Origin: Microcoleus sp.
GTDB lineage: Bacteria > Cyanobacteriota > Cyanobacteriia > Cyanobacteriales > Microcoleaceae
Direction of reading: 5' to 3'
DNA length: 64,000 nt
Assembly: GCA_042408215.1 (NCBI GenBank)
Contig: JAYFMW010000010.1
Location: 32,001 to 96,000, forward strand
A model generated the notes under the pieces. That model was not told the DNA's origin, did no database searches, and was given only the letters and a program-made list of their open reading frames with translations. Shown here piece by piece: positions 1 to 11,120 of the stretch. Position numbers and translations under genes: made by a program. The stretch's first letter is position 1. Each line of letters starts with the position of its first letter.

Positions 1-1017
1 GCCCTGGTAGGAGGTGGAAATTTCAAGGAAAGTGAATTTAATCGCGCTACTCAGGCTTTGCGGCAGCCCGGATCGACGTTTAAAGGGTTAGTTTATGCGG
101 CGGCGATGGGGGCTGGTTTTTCGCCTTATGACAGCTATGAAGATGCGCCAATTATTATCGATGGCTATCAACCGAATAATTATGGCAAAAAGTTTAGCGG
201 TTGGCGATCGATCTCTGATGCTTTGACGAGTTCGGTGAATGTGGTGGCTGTCAAGGTGTTGATGGATGTCGGGTTTGAACCGGCGATGAAATTAGCTTAC
301 GATATGGGAATTAAATCTAAATTGAGTCCGATTTATTCCCTGGCTTTGGGTTCTTCGGAGGTGAATTTACTGGAGTTGACTAATGCTTACGGTACTTTAG
401 CAGCCCAAGGTAATTTTATTGAAGCTCACGGAATTACTCGGGTGGTTAATCAGCGGGGAGATGTGATTTATCAGGCTAATTTTAAACCGAAGCAGGTTTT
501 GGATCGGGATAGTGCTGCGATTACTACTTGGATGTTGGAGGGTGTGGTGCAGGGGGGTACGGGGGGGCCTGCGGCTTTGTCCGATCGCTCTGTAGCGGGC
601 AAAACCGGTACTTCGGAAAAGGTCAGGGATTTGTGGTTTATTGGTTACATTCCGCAGGTTGTGACTGGGGTTTGGCTGGGGAATGATGACAATTATCCGA
701 CGGGGGGAAGTAGCGGTACGGCGGCGTATAATTGGCGCGATTTTATGAGTCAAGCGGTTAAGGGAATGCCGGTTGAGGAGTTTCCGAAGTTGCCGAAGTT
801 GGAGGGCCGCAAAGGCAGTATTAAGGCGAAACCGGTGCAGCCGAATGAGATTATTCGGGGGATGATTGTGAATGATGATGGTGCGATCGTCCCTTACAAT
901 CCTAATCCTGAACCGAAGCGTCGCGAGTGGCAAGATCCTGGTTATCAAGAGCCGACTAATTATCAAGAGCCGACTCATTATCAAGAACCAGGGAATTATC
1001 AAGAACCGCCACAATAA
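1..1017 (+). CDS. Class A penicillin-binding protein, transpeptidase C-terminal part (5'-truncated by window)
   Basis: Open frame from base 1 with RQPGSTFK (SxxK), SVN and KTG motifs; C-terminal QEPTNY-type repeats. Confidence 0.9.
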   Translation, partial: ALVGGGNFKESEFNRATQALRQPGSTFKGLVYAAAMGAGFSPYDSYEDAPIIIDGYQPNNYGKKFSGWRSISDALTSSVNVVAVKVLMDVGFEPAMKLAYDMGIKSKLSPIYSLALGSSEVNLLELTNAYGTLAAQGNFIEAHGITRVVNQRGDVIYQANFKPKQVLDRDSAAITTWMLEGVVQGGTGGPAALSDRSVAGKTGTSEKVRDLWFIGYIPQVVTGVWLGNDDNYPTGGSSGTAAYNWRDFMSQAVKGMPVEEFPKLPKLEGRKGSIKAKPVQPNEIIRGMIVNDDGAIVPYNPNPEPKRREWQDPGYQEPTNYQEPTHYQEPGNYQEPPQ

Positions 1018-1103
1018 GCGAATTTTGAATTTTTCACCGCAGATTAAAACAGATTAACGCAGATTAACGCAGATGTAATTGCGAATTTCAACTCTACAAC
1101 AAC

Positions 1104-2465
1104 CTAATTTCGTTTGAGTCGCACCATAAAAAAGCCATCCATTTGATTTCGGTGCGGCCAAAGTTTTACCCATCCTTCCGGTGATGGTTGGACGGGTAAA
1201 TCTATTGTTGGCGGTTCGATTCGCCAGTTAGGATTGCTATCTAAGAACGATCGCACAATTTGTTCATTTTCTAAAGGATGAATCGTGCAAGTTGCGTAAA
1301 CTAATACGCCGCCGGACTTGACAAATGTCGCTGAATTTGCTAATAATTCTGATTGCAGTTGGGATTGTGTTTGGATGTTTTCGGGTGTGTGATGCCAGCG
1401 GGCGTCGGCGCGGCGGTGGAGGGTGCCGAGCCCGGAACAAGGTGCGTCTAGTAAAACTCTGTCTGCTAGGTTAATAAATTCTGGAAAATGGCGGCTGTCT
1501 CCGGTATGAATTTGGATTGATTTCATCTGGAGTCTGTCTGCATTTTCTTTGAGTCTTTTGAGTCTGTTTGCAGTTTTTTCGCAGGCATAAATCGTGCCTT
1601 TATCTTGCATTAATTCGGCGCTGTGGGTGGTTTTTCCTCCCGGTGCGGCGCAGACATCAATGATGGTTTCCCCAGGCTGGGGGTCGAGTAAATGGGTGAC
1701 TAATTGAGCGCTGCTGTCTTGGATTGTCCACCAACCTTCGCTATATCCGGGGAGGTTTTGAATGGCGCCGGTGCTGCCATTTAGTCTTAGGGCTTGTGGT
1801 AAGTGTGGGATGCGGCTAACGCTGATGTTTTGGGATTTGAAGGCGGTTTCGATTTGGGCGATCGAGCTTTTTAAAGGATTGATTCTCAGGTCAATTGTGG
1901 GGGATTGATTGAACCATTCACAGAGTTGTTCGGTTTCGGTTTCGCCTATTTGTTCGAGCCACAATTCGACGATCCAGTCGGGGAAACTATGCTGAATTCC
2001 TAGGCGTTGGACGGTTGATTTATAATTAGTAACTGTTAATGGATTTAATTCGTTATCTGTTAAACGAATGTATTGTCGCAATAAACCGTTGACAAAACTG
2101 CTGAGTCCTGAAAAGCCGTTTTCTTTGGCTAGTTGAACTGTGGTGTTGACGGCTGCCGAGGGGGGGATGTGGTTGAGATATTGGAGTTGATATAAGCCTA
2201 AATGTAGGATGGTACGGAGTTCTGGCGGTTGTTGGGAGGATTTTTTTGTGGCTAGTTTGTCGATGATAAAGTCGATCGATCGCATTCTCCTGACACTACC
2301 ATAGACTAATTCTGTGACTAAACGCCGATCGAGGTCGGTTAGTTGACAATTGCGGAAAGTGCGATCGAGGGTGACATCTGCGAATGCACCGCGGCGGTGG
2401 ACTTCGCGGAGTGCGATCAAGGCTATTTGGCGGGGATTTTGCATGGAGGATTGTTGATATGTCAA
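1104..2465 (-). CDS. rsmB: 16S rRNA m5C967 methyltransferase (Sun/RsmB)
   Basis: NusB-like N-terminus; DVCAAPGGKT, DAPCSG and YATC motifs. Confidence 0.95.
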   Translation of the reverse strand: MTYQQSSMQNPRQIALIALREVHRRGAFADVTLDRTFRNCQLTDLDRRLVTELVYGSVRRMRSIDFIIDKLATKKSSQQPPELRTILHLGLYQLQYLNHIPPSAAVNTTVQLAKENGFSGLSSFVNGLLRQYIRLTDNELNPLTVTNYKSTVQRLGIQHSFPDWIVELWLEQIGETETEQLCEWFNQSPTIDLRINPLKSSIAQIETAFKSQNISVSRIPHLPQALRLNGSTGAIQNLPGYSEGWWTIQDSSAQLVTHLLDPQPGETIIDVCAAPGGKTTHSAELMQDKGTIYACEKTANRLKRLKENADRLQMKSIQIHTGDSRHFPEFINLADRVLLDAPCSGLGTLHRRADARWHHTPENIQTQSQLQSELLANSATFVKSGGVLVYATCTIHPLENEQIVRSFLDSNPNWRIEPPTIDLPVQPSPEGWVKLWPHRNQMDGFFMVRLKRN

Positions 2466-2498
2466 GTTATTATAGGTGATTCAAGTTCGTGGGTTGGA

Positions 2499-2720
2499 GA
2501 AACCCGGCGGTTGAAACCGCGTCTACACACACAAAACCCGCCTTCGCGGGTTGAATAAACCCGGCGGTTGAAACCGCGTCTACACACACAAAACCCGCCT
2601 GCGCGGGTTGAATTTCTTTTCTTCCGTCCGCGTAGGCGGACATCGTTTGTGTAGCCGCGATTTCCAATCGCCGGGGGTCTCAATTGTAGCCGCGATTTCC
2701 AATCGCCGGGGGCCTCAATT
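2499..2720. repeat. Dispersed inverted-repeat (MITE/REP-like) element with partly duplicated arms
   Basis: cggcggttgaaaccgcgtctacaca...gtccgcgtaggcggac...tgtgtagccgcg; same family at 19482-19677. Confidence 0.75.
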
Positions 2721-2733
2721 GTTTGTTTGAAAA

Positions 2734-3170
2734 CTAAGGCTTCTTCATAGCGTCCAATATCTTGCGTTGCTGCGGCGAAAGCCATGCCATCCGCGCCTGA
2801 TAGTACGGCGTCAATTCATCCAGCGTTTGCAAAAACGATTTCACCAGTTGATCGAGCGAATCGCGAGTCAAAAATTCCGCAAAAATCATATAAACGCGAT
2901 GGTTGCCCCAGCCAAGTGATGGATGGCTTCAATTCGAGAACGTCCCTTTGGTGTTTCTATGAATAACTCTAGTTCTTAGTTGCCCTCTAAGTAAACCGAT
3001 TCTACCCGATCGAACAATTTAGCCTTGTATTCGGTGGGATATTCTTGTTGGAGCGGTCGCAAAATTCGCAGCAGCAAATCGAGAAACACGGATTGCAGTA
3101 TTTTTGCCGGTTGGGGAGGTTTATTGTTGCATCTGTGCGATTTGGGGTTGGGGTTGAGCGCGATCGGCTA
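2734..3170 (-). pseudogene. Fragment of an ATP-binding/TPR-type protein gene
   Basis: Manual translation ELFIETPKGRSRIEAIHHLAG / NHRVYMIFAEFLTRDSLDQLVKSFLQTLDELTPYYQARMAWLSPQQRKI, with a frameshift and stops. Confidence 0.5.
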
Positions 3171-3199
3171 TTTTTGTAAGCGAGGTGTTGTTAAGGGCT

Positions 3200-3535
3200 A
3201 AGGTATACTTGTCAGAGGAAATATTGATTTTCTGCTTTTAATTGAATCTTTTTGGGTTGTTGCGATCGAAGCCAAACGAGCGCAATATTCCGTTGAAGCT
3301 GGACTTCCTCAGTTACTATTTTATATGCTGAATGACCTCAGCCCAGAAAAGGTAAAATTTGGGCTTCTGACAAATGGCAGCAGCTTTCGATTTATCAAAG
3401 TTACCAAACAAGACACCCCAGTATGCCGTGTCTAAACTTTTTGATATTGGGAGTCCCGGAAATGAACTTTATGAAGTCTTTCGCATTTTGAAGCGCGTCG
3501 CTGGTATAATTTCCAGTAACACCTCTTCTCATTGA
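3200..3535 (+). pseudogene. Fragment of a PD-(D/E)xK restriction-endonuclease-like protein
   Basis: GNIDFLLL...AIEAKRAQYSVEAGLPQLLFYML...FGLLTNGSSFRFIK, frameshift near 3418, no start codon. Confidence 0.6.
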
Positions 3536-3544
3536 GGGTACAAT

Positions 3545-4060
3545 ATGGAACTAGATTCTGAAAGTAATAATAAATTCACTAAAGCTCACTTTGCTTTTAA
3601 CAATTTACCCCAACTCACCAACCCTTGGCGACAGCTAAATCTGCAAGGAGTAGCTTTAGGTTTGATTCGCTTGCCTGCGGGAGATGGCTACACATTTACT
3701 CACAGCCACGCAGAACAAGAAGAAGTTTATATTGTAGTTGAAGGCAAAGGCCTGATGGTTGTAGATGGGGAACTATTGACACTTGAGGGTGGCGATATTG
3801 TCAGAGTTTCTCCCGCAGCAAAGAGAGCATTAAAAGCTGCTGAAAATACAGCCTTGTTTGTTATCTGTACTGGAGGATTGGCTGCTGGTTATCCCAAGCA
3901 GCCCAACGCGCGCTATCTGATAGATGATGGAATTCCCGATTATGACGATGTTCCGCCTTGGTATGAGGGAAATTCCGAAATTGCCGAGAGAAATGCGCGG
4001 CTAAAAGAAAGGATGTTGAAAGCTCAATCCAAACGAGACAGCCAACAGGAATCACAATGA
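3545..4060 (+). CDS. Cupin domain protein
   Basis: HSHAEQEEVYIVVEGKG cupin motif. Confidence 0.85.
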   Translation: MELDSESNNKFTKAHFAFNNLPQLTNPWRQLNLQGVALGLIRLPAGDGYTFTHSHAEQEEVYIVVEGKGLMVVDGELLTLEGGDIVRVSPAAKRALKAAENTALFVICTGGLAAGYPKQPNARYLIDDGIPDYDDVPPWYEGNSEIAERNARLKERMLKAQSKRDSQQESQ

Positions 4061-4545
4061 ATGAAAGTTCTTTTTCGTTGTCGCCACAATGTGCAATCCG
4101 CCCAGCCTCAGCTCAGGATATCAAATCAATTAGAATGTTGGTATGGAGCGCCAAACTCGATCCAACTCAGTTACGTTGGCCGCAATTTTGGGTGATAGAA
4201 TGCAGCGGGGATTTGGTGGCTTGCGGACAGTTGCGGAACTTTGCGGGCGCGCAAGAATTGGGCAGTTTGGTGGTGATGAAAGATTGGCGCGATCGAGGTT
4301 TGGGAAGCTACCTCGCCAAACATTTAATTGCACAGGCTACAGAACCGCTATACTTAGAATGTTTGGGTTCCCGACTCGCATCATTTTACACTCGCTTTGG
4401 ATTTGTACAAGTTTCATGGCAAGAGTTGCCGCAGTCGCTTAAATTAAAATTCGGCTTGTCTCAATTGGCTAAAACTTTATTCAGAATTCCTGTCACAATT
4501 ATGCGGTATCAAACAAATTTTAGAGACTCAAGTCTAGGGTTATGA
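4057..4545 (+). CDS. GNAT family N-acetyltransferase
   Basis: WRDRGLGS acetyl-CoA motif and FYTRFGF; overlaps cupin stop (ATGA). Confidence 0.85.
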   Translation: MNESSFSLSPQCAIRPASAQDIKSIRMLVWSAKLDPTQLRWPQFWVIECSGDLVACGQLRNFAGAQELGSLVVMKDWRDRGLGSYLAKHLIAQATEPLYLECLGSRLASFYTRFGFVQVSWQELPQSLKLKFGLSQLAKTLFRIPVTIMRYQTNFRDSSLGL

Positions 4546-5256
4546 GTAGATAGACTTACGCAGTCATCCTATGGATAGGGGCTTTTCTAGGGGGATTGCG
4601 CCTACAAGACACGCTGATTTAGATGCTATGCGTAATTCCTGGGCAATTTACAGATATTCCGGGTTTTGAGCTCCAGAGTGTGTAAATTCATAATTTACCT
4701 AGGATTGTGTCAGTTGGCGTAAGTGGCACAGGACATTGGCCGATAAATAGCCGTAAACGCCTATAAAATCGTTGTTAGCCTGGTCAAAATTGTCCTGTGC
4801 CATTACCAGGGCCGGAAAGTGGACAGGCGATCGCACCAAAGACATTCACTTCTGGCAAATTAGTAAATGTAAAGCAAGTGAGTCACAACCCAGTCAAACA
4901 ATCCCACCCAAAAAGCCAACCGAAAAATCTCACAGTTTCACAGCAGCAGTAATGCGGAATCAGTCAATCTCTAATGTAGGTAACAACATCCACCCTTGAG
5001 ATAAATCCCACTAACTACCAAACCAGTAAATCCTGAATTCAGTCCTAGCAATTACTGGATTGACGATCACTCAAAACAGATGCTTAATTCCCTTAAACAT
5101 TTCCAAAAATCTTAGCATTTTATCCCGATCGAAGGAGAAAAGGCAAGAACAATGAAATATAAGGGTAATAAATAAATCTCCACCCAGGAAATGCAGCCTC
5201 TCAAATCGCATAAATAGAAAATTACAGTATATATTAACACAAAAGGAGTCAGGGAA

Positions 5257-5544
5257 ATGTTCAACGTAGTAAAAGCTTTCGGTTCTATTTTTTCTGCTCA
5301 AGCATACAGCACAGCAAATAATATGTTAATCGACAATTACATTAACACCAATTTCAACTACTTGAACGAAGAAGCAGTCGTCGATGAATCGATTTACCCA
5401 AATCAAACTGGTCGCGTCCGCTTCCAAGGTAGCTGGTGGCCCGCACGGTGCGATCGCCAAATCACCCTCACACCGGGAGACACCGTTTATGTCATCGGCA
5501 TTAACAACATCACTCTCTTAGTTTCCCTCGCTCCCGCAGACTAA
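5257..5544 (+). CDS. NfeD family C-terminal OB-fold protein (copy 1)
   Basis: [14 protein letters not shown]...V.VIG..NITLLV; AAGGAG RBS. Confidence 0.85.
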   Translation: MFNVVKAFGSIFSAQAYSTANNMLIDNYINTNFNYLNEEAVVDESIYPNQTGRVRFQGSWWPARCDRQITLTPGDTVYVIGINNITLLVSLAPAD

Positions 5545-5662
5545 ATTAGAGCCGGACAAACCAGAAAAATCCATCAATCTAAATCGAGGGAAAGGCTGAT
5601 TTTAAAGATCGCAAATATTCGGTTAAAGTGCCATATATATTAACACAAAAGGAGTCAGGGAA

Positions 5663-5950
5663 ATGTTCAACGTAGTAAAAGCTTTCGGTTCTATTTTTTC
5701 CACTAAAAACTACAGCACAGCAAATAATATGTTAATCGACAATTACATCAACACCAATTTCAACTACTTCAACGAAGAAGCAGTCGTCGATGAATCGATT
5801 TACCCAAATCAAACTGGTCGCGTCCGCTTCCAAGGTAGCTGGTGGCCCGCACGGTGCGATCGCCAAATCACCCTCACACCGGGAGACACCGTTTATGTCA
5901 TCGGCGTTAACAACATCACTCTCTTGGTTTCCCTCGCTCCCGCAGACTAA
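5663..5950 (+). CDS. NfeD family protein (copy 2, tandem duplicate)
   Basis: Nearly identical to 5257..5544. Confidence 0.85.
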   Translation: MFNVVKAFGSIFSTKNYSTANNMLIDNYINTNFNYFNEEAVVDESIYPNQTGRVRFQGSWWPARCDRQITLTPGDTVYVIGVNNITLLVSLAPAD

Positions 5951-6076
5951 ACGAGAATGCGATCGAAACTTCCTAAATTTTCACACCACATCTAATGTCG
6001 GCAGGGCTTATTCTAATAAACCCTGCCTTTTGTATGCTTAAATAAGTTGAGACACTTACTAACCAGATTTAAACCA

Positions 6077-6955
6077 GTGAACTTTCAATCAGTCATTGCC
6101 ACCTTAAACAAATTTTGGAGCGATCGAGGATGCCTGATCGCCCAATCCTATGACACAGAAAAAGGTGCAGGAACCATGAATCCCCACACCTTTCTCAGAG
6201 CAATTGGCCCCGAACCTTGGTCAGTCGCCTACGTCGAACCCTGTCGTCGTCCCACCGACGGACGTTATGGCGAAAATCCCAATCGCTTCCAACATTACTA
6301 TCAATATCAAGTCCTGATTAAACCATCTCCTCCTAACATCCAAGAAATCTATTTAGACTCGCTGAGAGCATTAGGAATTCGACCAGAAGACCACGATATT
6401 CGCTTCGTAGAAGACAACTGGGAATCCCCCACATTAGGAGCTTGGGGCGTCGGCTGGGAAGTCTGGCTCGACGGCATGGAAATCACCCAATTTACCTATT
6501 TTCAACAGTGCGGTAGCATCGATTGTCGCCCGGTATCTATTGAAATTACCTACGGACTAGAACGGCTGGCAATGTATCTGCAAGAAGTGGATGCGATGAC
6601 CAAAATTCAGTGGAAAGATGGCATCACTTACGGCGACGTTCATCTGCAAGGAGAAATAGAACAGTGTACCTATAACTTTGAAGCTTCTAATCCAGAATTG
6701 CTGTTTACGCTGTTTGGACTGTACGAACAAGAAGCTGAACAATTGACCAAGAAAGGATTAGTTTTACCTAGTCTTGATTATGTGCTAAAATGTTCTCATA
6801 CTTTCAATTTACTTGATGCTAGAGGTGTGATTTCGGTAACGGAAAGAACTCGGTATATTACCAAAATTCGTAACTTGGCGCGACGGGTGGCTCAGCTTTA
6901 TTTGGAACAGCGGGAACAATTGGGTTTTCCATTGGAAAAAGCTGTAAAGGTTTGA
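6077..6955 (+). CDS. glyQ: Glycine--tRNA ligase alpha subunit
   Basis: [29 protein letters not shown] and EITYGLERL motifs; GTG start at 6077. Confidence 0.97.
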   Translation: MNFQSVIATLNKFWSDRGCLIAQSYDTEKGAGTMNPHTFLRAIGPEPWSVAYVEPCRRPTDGRYGENPNRFQHYYQYQVLIKPSPPNIQEIYLDSLRALGIRPEDHDIRFVEDNWESPTLGAWGVGWEVWLDGMEITQFTYFQQCGSIDCRPVSIEITYGLERLAMYLQEVDAMTKIQWKDGITYGDVHLQGEIEQCTYNFEASNPELLFTLFGLYEQEAEQLTKKGLVLPSLDYVLKCSHTFNLLDARGVISVTERTRYITKIRNLARRVAQLYLEQREQLGFPLEKAVKV

Positions 6956-7141
6956 GAAGGAAGAAGGGCACGATACGGATGCGGACACGGATACACGGAT
7001 GAATTTATTAGATACCGGATTTCTTTAAAAAGTCTGGTATCTGGTTATTTTTTTTCCTATCTTCTTCTTGACTCTTCCTTCGTGTCCTTCGCGTCTTCGC
7101 GGTTCAATCATAGGAATTCTTCCCTATTTTTAATTAATTCA

Positions 7142-7909
7142 ATGCCTAATTATTCAGAAAATAATACAGAAATAACACCTCAACTGCGAATTGAGAATGT
7201 AAGTTTTAAAACACCGATCGCCTCAAATTATTTGCTGGAAAATATCTCGTTTCAGGTAAATCAGGGCGATCGCGTGGCCATTGTGGGCCCTTCTGGTGCG
7301 GGGAAAACAACCCTGTTGCGGCTGCTAAATCGGCTCAGCAGCCCCACAAGTGGCGCAATTTATCTTGAAAATAAGGAATACCGGCAAATTCCGGCGATCG
7401 AACTTCGCAGACAAATCACCCTAGTGATTCAAGAATCGAAGCTGTTGGGAATGTCTGTGCGAGAAGCACTCGCCTATCCCTTGAAACTGCGGGGCGTGAA
7501 TTCATCAAACATTGCTGAGAGAATTAGCGGGGCGATCGCACAATTGCGTATACCCGAAGAATGGCTCACACGTACCGAATTGCAACTCTCAGTAGGCCAA
7601 AAACAGCTCGTGGCGATCGCCCGCGCCATCATTCTACAACCCAAAATCTTACTGTTAGACGAGCCAACATCCGCCCTAGACGCAGGAAAAGCCCACTACC
7701 TTGTGCAAGTATTGACAGAGCTAACTAACAGCAAAACCACTATTTTAATGGTAAATCACCAATTAGAATTAGCCCAGAAATTTGCGACGCGAGTTTTATA
7801 TTTCCAGCAGGGTAAACTCCTGGAAAACGCTATTTCTGAGCAGATGAATTGGGGGGAAATGCGTCAAAATTTAATCAAAGCAGAAGCAAAAGCAGAACAA
7901 GAATGGTGA
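7142..7909 (+). CDS. ABC transporter ATP-binding protein
   Basis: GPSGAGKT, LSVGQKQ and LLLDEPT motifs. Confidence 0.9.
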   Translation: MPNYSENNTEITPQLRIENVSFKTPIASNYLLENISFQVNQGDRVAIVGPSGAGKTTLLRLLNRLSSPTSGAIYLENKEYRQIPAIELRRQITLVIQESKLLGMSVREALAYPLKLRGVNSSNIAERISGAIAQLRIPEEWLTRTELQLSVGQKQLVAIARAIILQPKILLLDEPTSALDAGKAHYLVQVLTELTNSKTTILMVNHQLELAQKFATRVLYFQQGKLLENAISEQMNWGEMRQNLIKAEAKAEQEW

Positions 7910-7923
7910 ATACATTCAATATC

Positions 7924-7986
7924 CCGTAGGGACACGGCACTGCCGTGTCCCTATCCCGTAGGGACACGGCACTGCCGTGTCCCTAC
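7924..7986. repeat. Tandem REP-like palindromes (gtagggacacggcactgccgtgtccct x2)
   Basis: GTAG-led palindromes between convergent genes. Confidence 0.75.
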
Positions 7987-8041
7987 AAGAACTATGTACC
8001 TTATCTACGTTTAACAGGAATTAGTTTATGCGTAATTCCTA

Positions 8042-9619
8042 TTAATGTGCTCCCCCAGCACCCGCACCCGCTTTCACCTTTTTCAAGCCCAAAATGGCAA
8101 TCCCACTTAACAGCAAAGCAAGGCCCACAAAGTAAAAACAATCATTAAAAGCCATCACATAAGCTTCCCGGCGAACAATATTATCAATTGCCTTAATTGC
8201 CTGATCTTGCGCCACACTCAAATCAGCACCGCGACTCACAAAAAACTGAGTCATTTGATTGATTCGCTCCTGCGTCGCCGGAGCGTACAAAGAAACAGAT
8301 TCCCCTAAACGATTCGAGTGAAACTGCTCCCGCTGCGTCACCAAAGTTGCTAACGCCGCAATCCCCATCGAACCTCCCATATTTCGCATCATATTAAACA
8401 AACCCGAAGCCGAACCAGCCTCGTGTTTCTCCATACCAGCAGTCGCAATAGTTGACAGCGGTATCATAATTAAAGGCTGCCCCAAAGCTCGGACTAATTG
8501 CGACCAACGTAACTGATCGATCCCCGTATCATGAGTCATACTGGCATTCATAAAACAACTCACCGCAAACAAACTCACACCGATACCAATCATCAGCCGC
8601 ATATCCATTCGCTGCATCAATTTCGGCATCATCGGTACGATGAATAACTGCGGCACCCCAGCCCACATAATCACCCCGCCAATTTGCATGGCATTGTACT
8701 GCTGAATTTGACCTAAATACAGCGGCAAAATATATATTGAACCGTACAATCCTACTCCCAAGGATACATTGACAATCGTAGCTAAACCGAAATTGCGGCG
8801 AGTCAGCAACCGCAAGTTAATAAAAGGTCGATCGCGAGTTAGTTCAATCCAGAAAAAAGCGCCTAGAAAAATTGCTGCAATGATGCTGAGACGGACAATA
8901 TAATCCGAACTAAACCAGTCCTTGCGGCTTCCTTCTTCTAAGACAACTTGCAGAGAACCCAAGCCAATTGCCATCGAGATAATTCCCCACCAGTCGCCCC
9001 CTTTTAGCAGTGACAATTGCATCGGCTTAGGGTCTACTGCGTACCAAACAGCAGCTAGCAGCAGCATCCCCGGAACAAAATTTAAATAAAAGACATATTG
9101 CCAGCCGTAATTCTCAGTCAGCCAACCTCCGAATGTGGGCCCGATGGATGGTGCAAAAGTAGCTGTCAGTGCAAACATCGCCATGCCAATTGGCTGTTTT
9201 TTGGGCGGCAAATTGGTTAGTAAAAATGCAAAAGCCATCGGAATTAAAATGCCACCTGTAAACCCCTGCAAAGCCCTAAATACAATCATTGAATTCAAGT
9301 TCCACGCCCAAGCGCAGCACATGGAAAAAAACGTGAAGAAGGCAGCATTTACTAAGATGTATCGGCGCACAGAAAATACTTGGGACAGCCAACCAGTCAT
9401 CGGAATTACGACGATTTCTGCGACTAGATAGGCGGTGGAAATCCAAGAGCCTTCTTCTAAGGTTGCGCCTAATGCTGCTTGAATGTCTTTGAGGGAAGCG
9501 TTGGTGATTTGAATGTCTAAAACTGCCATGAATGCGCCGAGAATTGTTCCCATGACGCCGATCCAGGTTTTTAAGGGAACGCGATCGCTTTGCTGTTCTA
9601 TAGCACTGGTATTTGTCAT
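8042..9619 (-). CDS. DHA2 (EmrB/QacA) MFS efflux permease
   Basis: FMAVLDIQITNASL and FRALQGFTGG motifs; about 14 TM segments. Confidence 0.9.
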   Translation of the reverse strand: MTNTSAIEQQSDRVPLKTWIGVMGTILGAFMAVLDIQITNASLKDIQAALGATLEEGSWISTAYLVAEIVVIPMTGWLSQVFSVRRYILVNAAFFTFFSMCCAWAWNLNSMIVFRALQGFTGGILIPMAFAFLLTNLPPKKQPIGMAMFALTATFAPSIGPTFGGWLTENYGWQYVFYLNFVPGMLLLAAVWYAVDPKPMQLSLLKGGDWWGIISMAIGLGSLQVVLEEGSRKDWFSSDYIVRLSIIAAIFLGAFFWIELTRDRPFINLRLLTRRNFGLATIVNVSLGVGLYGSIYILPLYLGQIQQYNAMQIGGVIMWAGVPQLFIVPMMPKLMQRMDMRLMIGIGVSLFAVSCFMNASMTHDTGIDQLRWSQLVRALGQPLIMIPLSTIATAGMEKHEAGSASGLFNMMRNMGGSMGIAALATLVTQREQFHSNRLGESVSLYAPATQERINQMTQFFVSRGADLSVAQDQAIKAIDNIVRREAYVMAFNDCFYFVGLALLLSGIAILGLKKVKAGAGAGGAH

Positions 9620-9737
9620 TGGTTTTACCTCTGGTGTAATTTATTTGGATTTTTTAACCGCAGAGGGCGCAGAGGGCGCAGAGAAAGAGAGGGGAAGAGA
9701 AGAGAGAAATAAAGAGGGAGAGTGTTTGACAATTTGT

Positions 9738-11006
9738 TTAGGAGATTAAACCCATTTTTTGATAAATTGGTCGGATTAAGTGTTGTAAAGCGGGCAACTG
9801 TTTGGTGAAAACTGCTGAACCTAATACACAAATTATGCCTCCAATTATGACTGTATTGGGAGCGCCTATATAATTGGCTAATCCACCTGCAAGTAAATTG
9901 CCAAATGGTGTGATCCCAAAAAATGCCATTGTGTAAATGCTCATCACTCTGCCGCGTTTTTCGTCTTCAACTATTGTTTGCAAAAATGTGTTTCCTGCTG
10001 CAAATTGCAAGATGAAACCAATCCCTACAAACAACTGCATGATTAATGATAACCATAAAATTTTTGACAGGGCAAAACCGATTAGTCCTAATCCCATTAT
10101 TGCTGGTGAAATTGCAATTATTTTGCCAATACCAACGACGGTTTTGCGGGTTGTTAAATAAATGGCTGCGGCGAATGCTCCTATTCCAGAAGCTGCCATC
10201 AAAAAGCCTAGGGTTTCTGGGCCACCGTGCAGAATTTTTGTGGCAAATATTGGGACGAGCACGGTGTGTGACATTCCGGCAAAGCTGACTAATGCTAATA
10301 GCATTAAAATGGCTCTAATTGGCGGAAATCCAAAGGAATAAACGAATCCTTCTTTTAATCTTTGTAAGGGTTTTGTATTGGTTTCGGCAATTTTTCTCGG
10401 CTTGAGCTGCATTGCTAACAAGCCTGCTATGACGGCGATGTAACTGAGTCCGTCTATTAGGAAACAATAACTTGGACCGACTGTGGCTATCAGCAAACCG
10501 GCAATTGCTGGGCCGATTAATCGGGAGCCGTTGAACATGGAGGCATTAATTGCGATCGCCTGTGCTAAATCTTCTTTTTTTTCTACAAGTTCTGGTACAA
10601 AAGCTTGGCGGGCTGGCGCGTCAAAAGCATTAATTGCTCCTTGACATAAACTCAGGACAATTATCTGCCAAATGTTGATAATTCCTGTTAGTGCTAAAAA
10701 TGCTAGGGTTAAGGATTGAATCATTGCCAAAATTTGAGTGGCTATGAGCACTCGGTGGCGGTTCCATCTATCTATTAAAACTCCTGCAAAAGGCAGTAAT
10801 ATTAGTGTGGGAATTTGACTTGTGAATCCAACTAAGCCCAGCATCCAAGGTGATTGACTTAAGTTGTATACCAGCCAAATCGTAGCGACTTGCGTCATCC
10901 AACTGCCTATCAGTGAGATGCCTTGTCCTGCAAAAAACAGGCGATAATTTTTCGATCGCAGCGCGCGAGGAAGTTTGATATTTTTCATTTTGGCTAGTAG
11001 ATTCAT
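9738..11006 (-). CDS. MFS transporter (MFS_3 type)
   Basis: NYRLFFAGQGISLIGSWM and FDAPARQAF motifs; about 12 TM segments. Confidence 0.9.
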   Translation of the reverse strand: MNLLAKMKNIKLPRALRSKNYRLFFAGQGISLIGSWMTQVATIWLVYNLSQSPWMLGLVGFTSQIPTLILLPFAGVLIDRWNRHRVLIATQILAMIQSLTLAFLALTGIINIWQIIVLSLCQGAINAFDAPARQAFVPELVEKKEDLAQAIAINASMFNGSRLIGPAIAGLLIATVGPSYCFLIDGLSYIAVIAGLLAMQLKPRKIAETNTKPLQRLKEGFVYSFGFPPIRAILMLLALVSFAGMSHTVLVPIFATKILHGGPETLGFLMAASGIGAFAAAIYLTTRKTVVGIGKIIAISPAIMGLGLIGFALSKILWLSLIMQLFVGIGFILQFAAGNTFLQTIVEDEKRGRVMSIYTMAFFGITPFGNLLAGGLANYIGAPNTVIIGGIICVLGSAVFTKQLPALQHLIRPIYQKMGLIS

Positions 11007-11120
11007 TTTAGATTGTGGCTATAGCCATCCTATTTGATTTGTCAATATTTTTTAGGGTATTTCCCCCGAGCCATTGGTGTCAACTTAAGACTACAACCCT
11101 CTGTATCTCTTGTTTGTATC

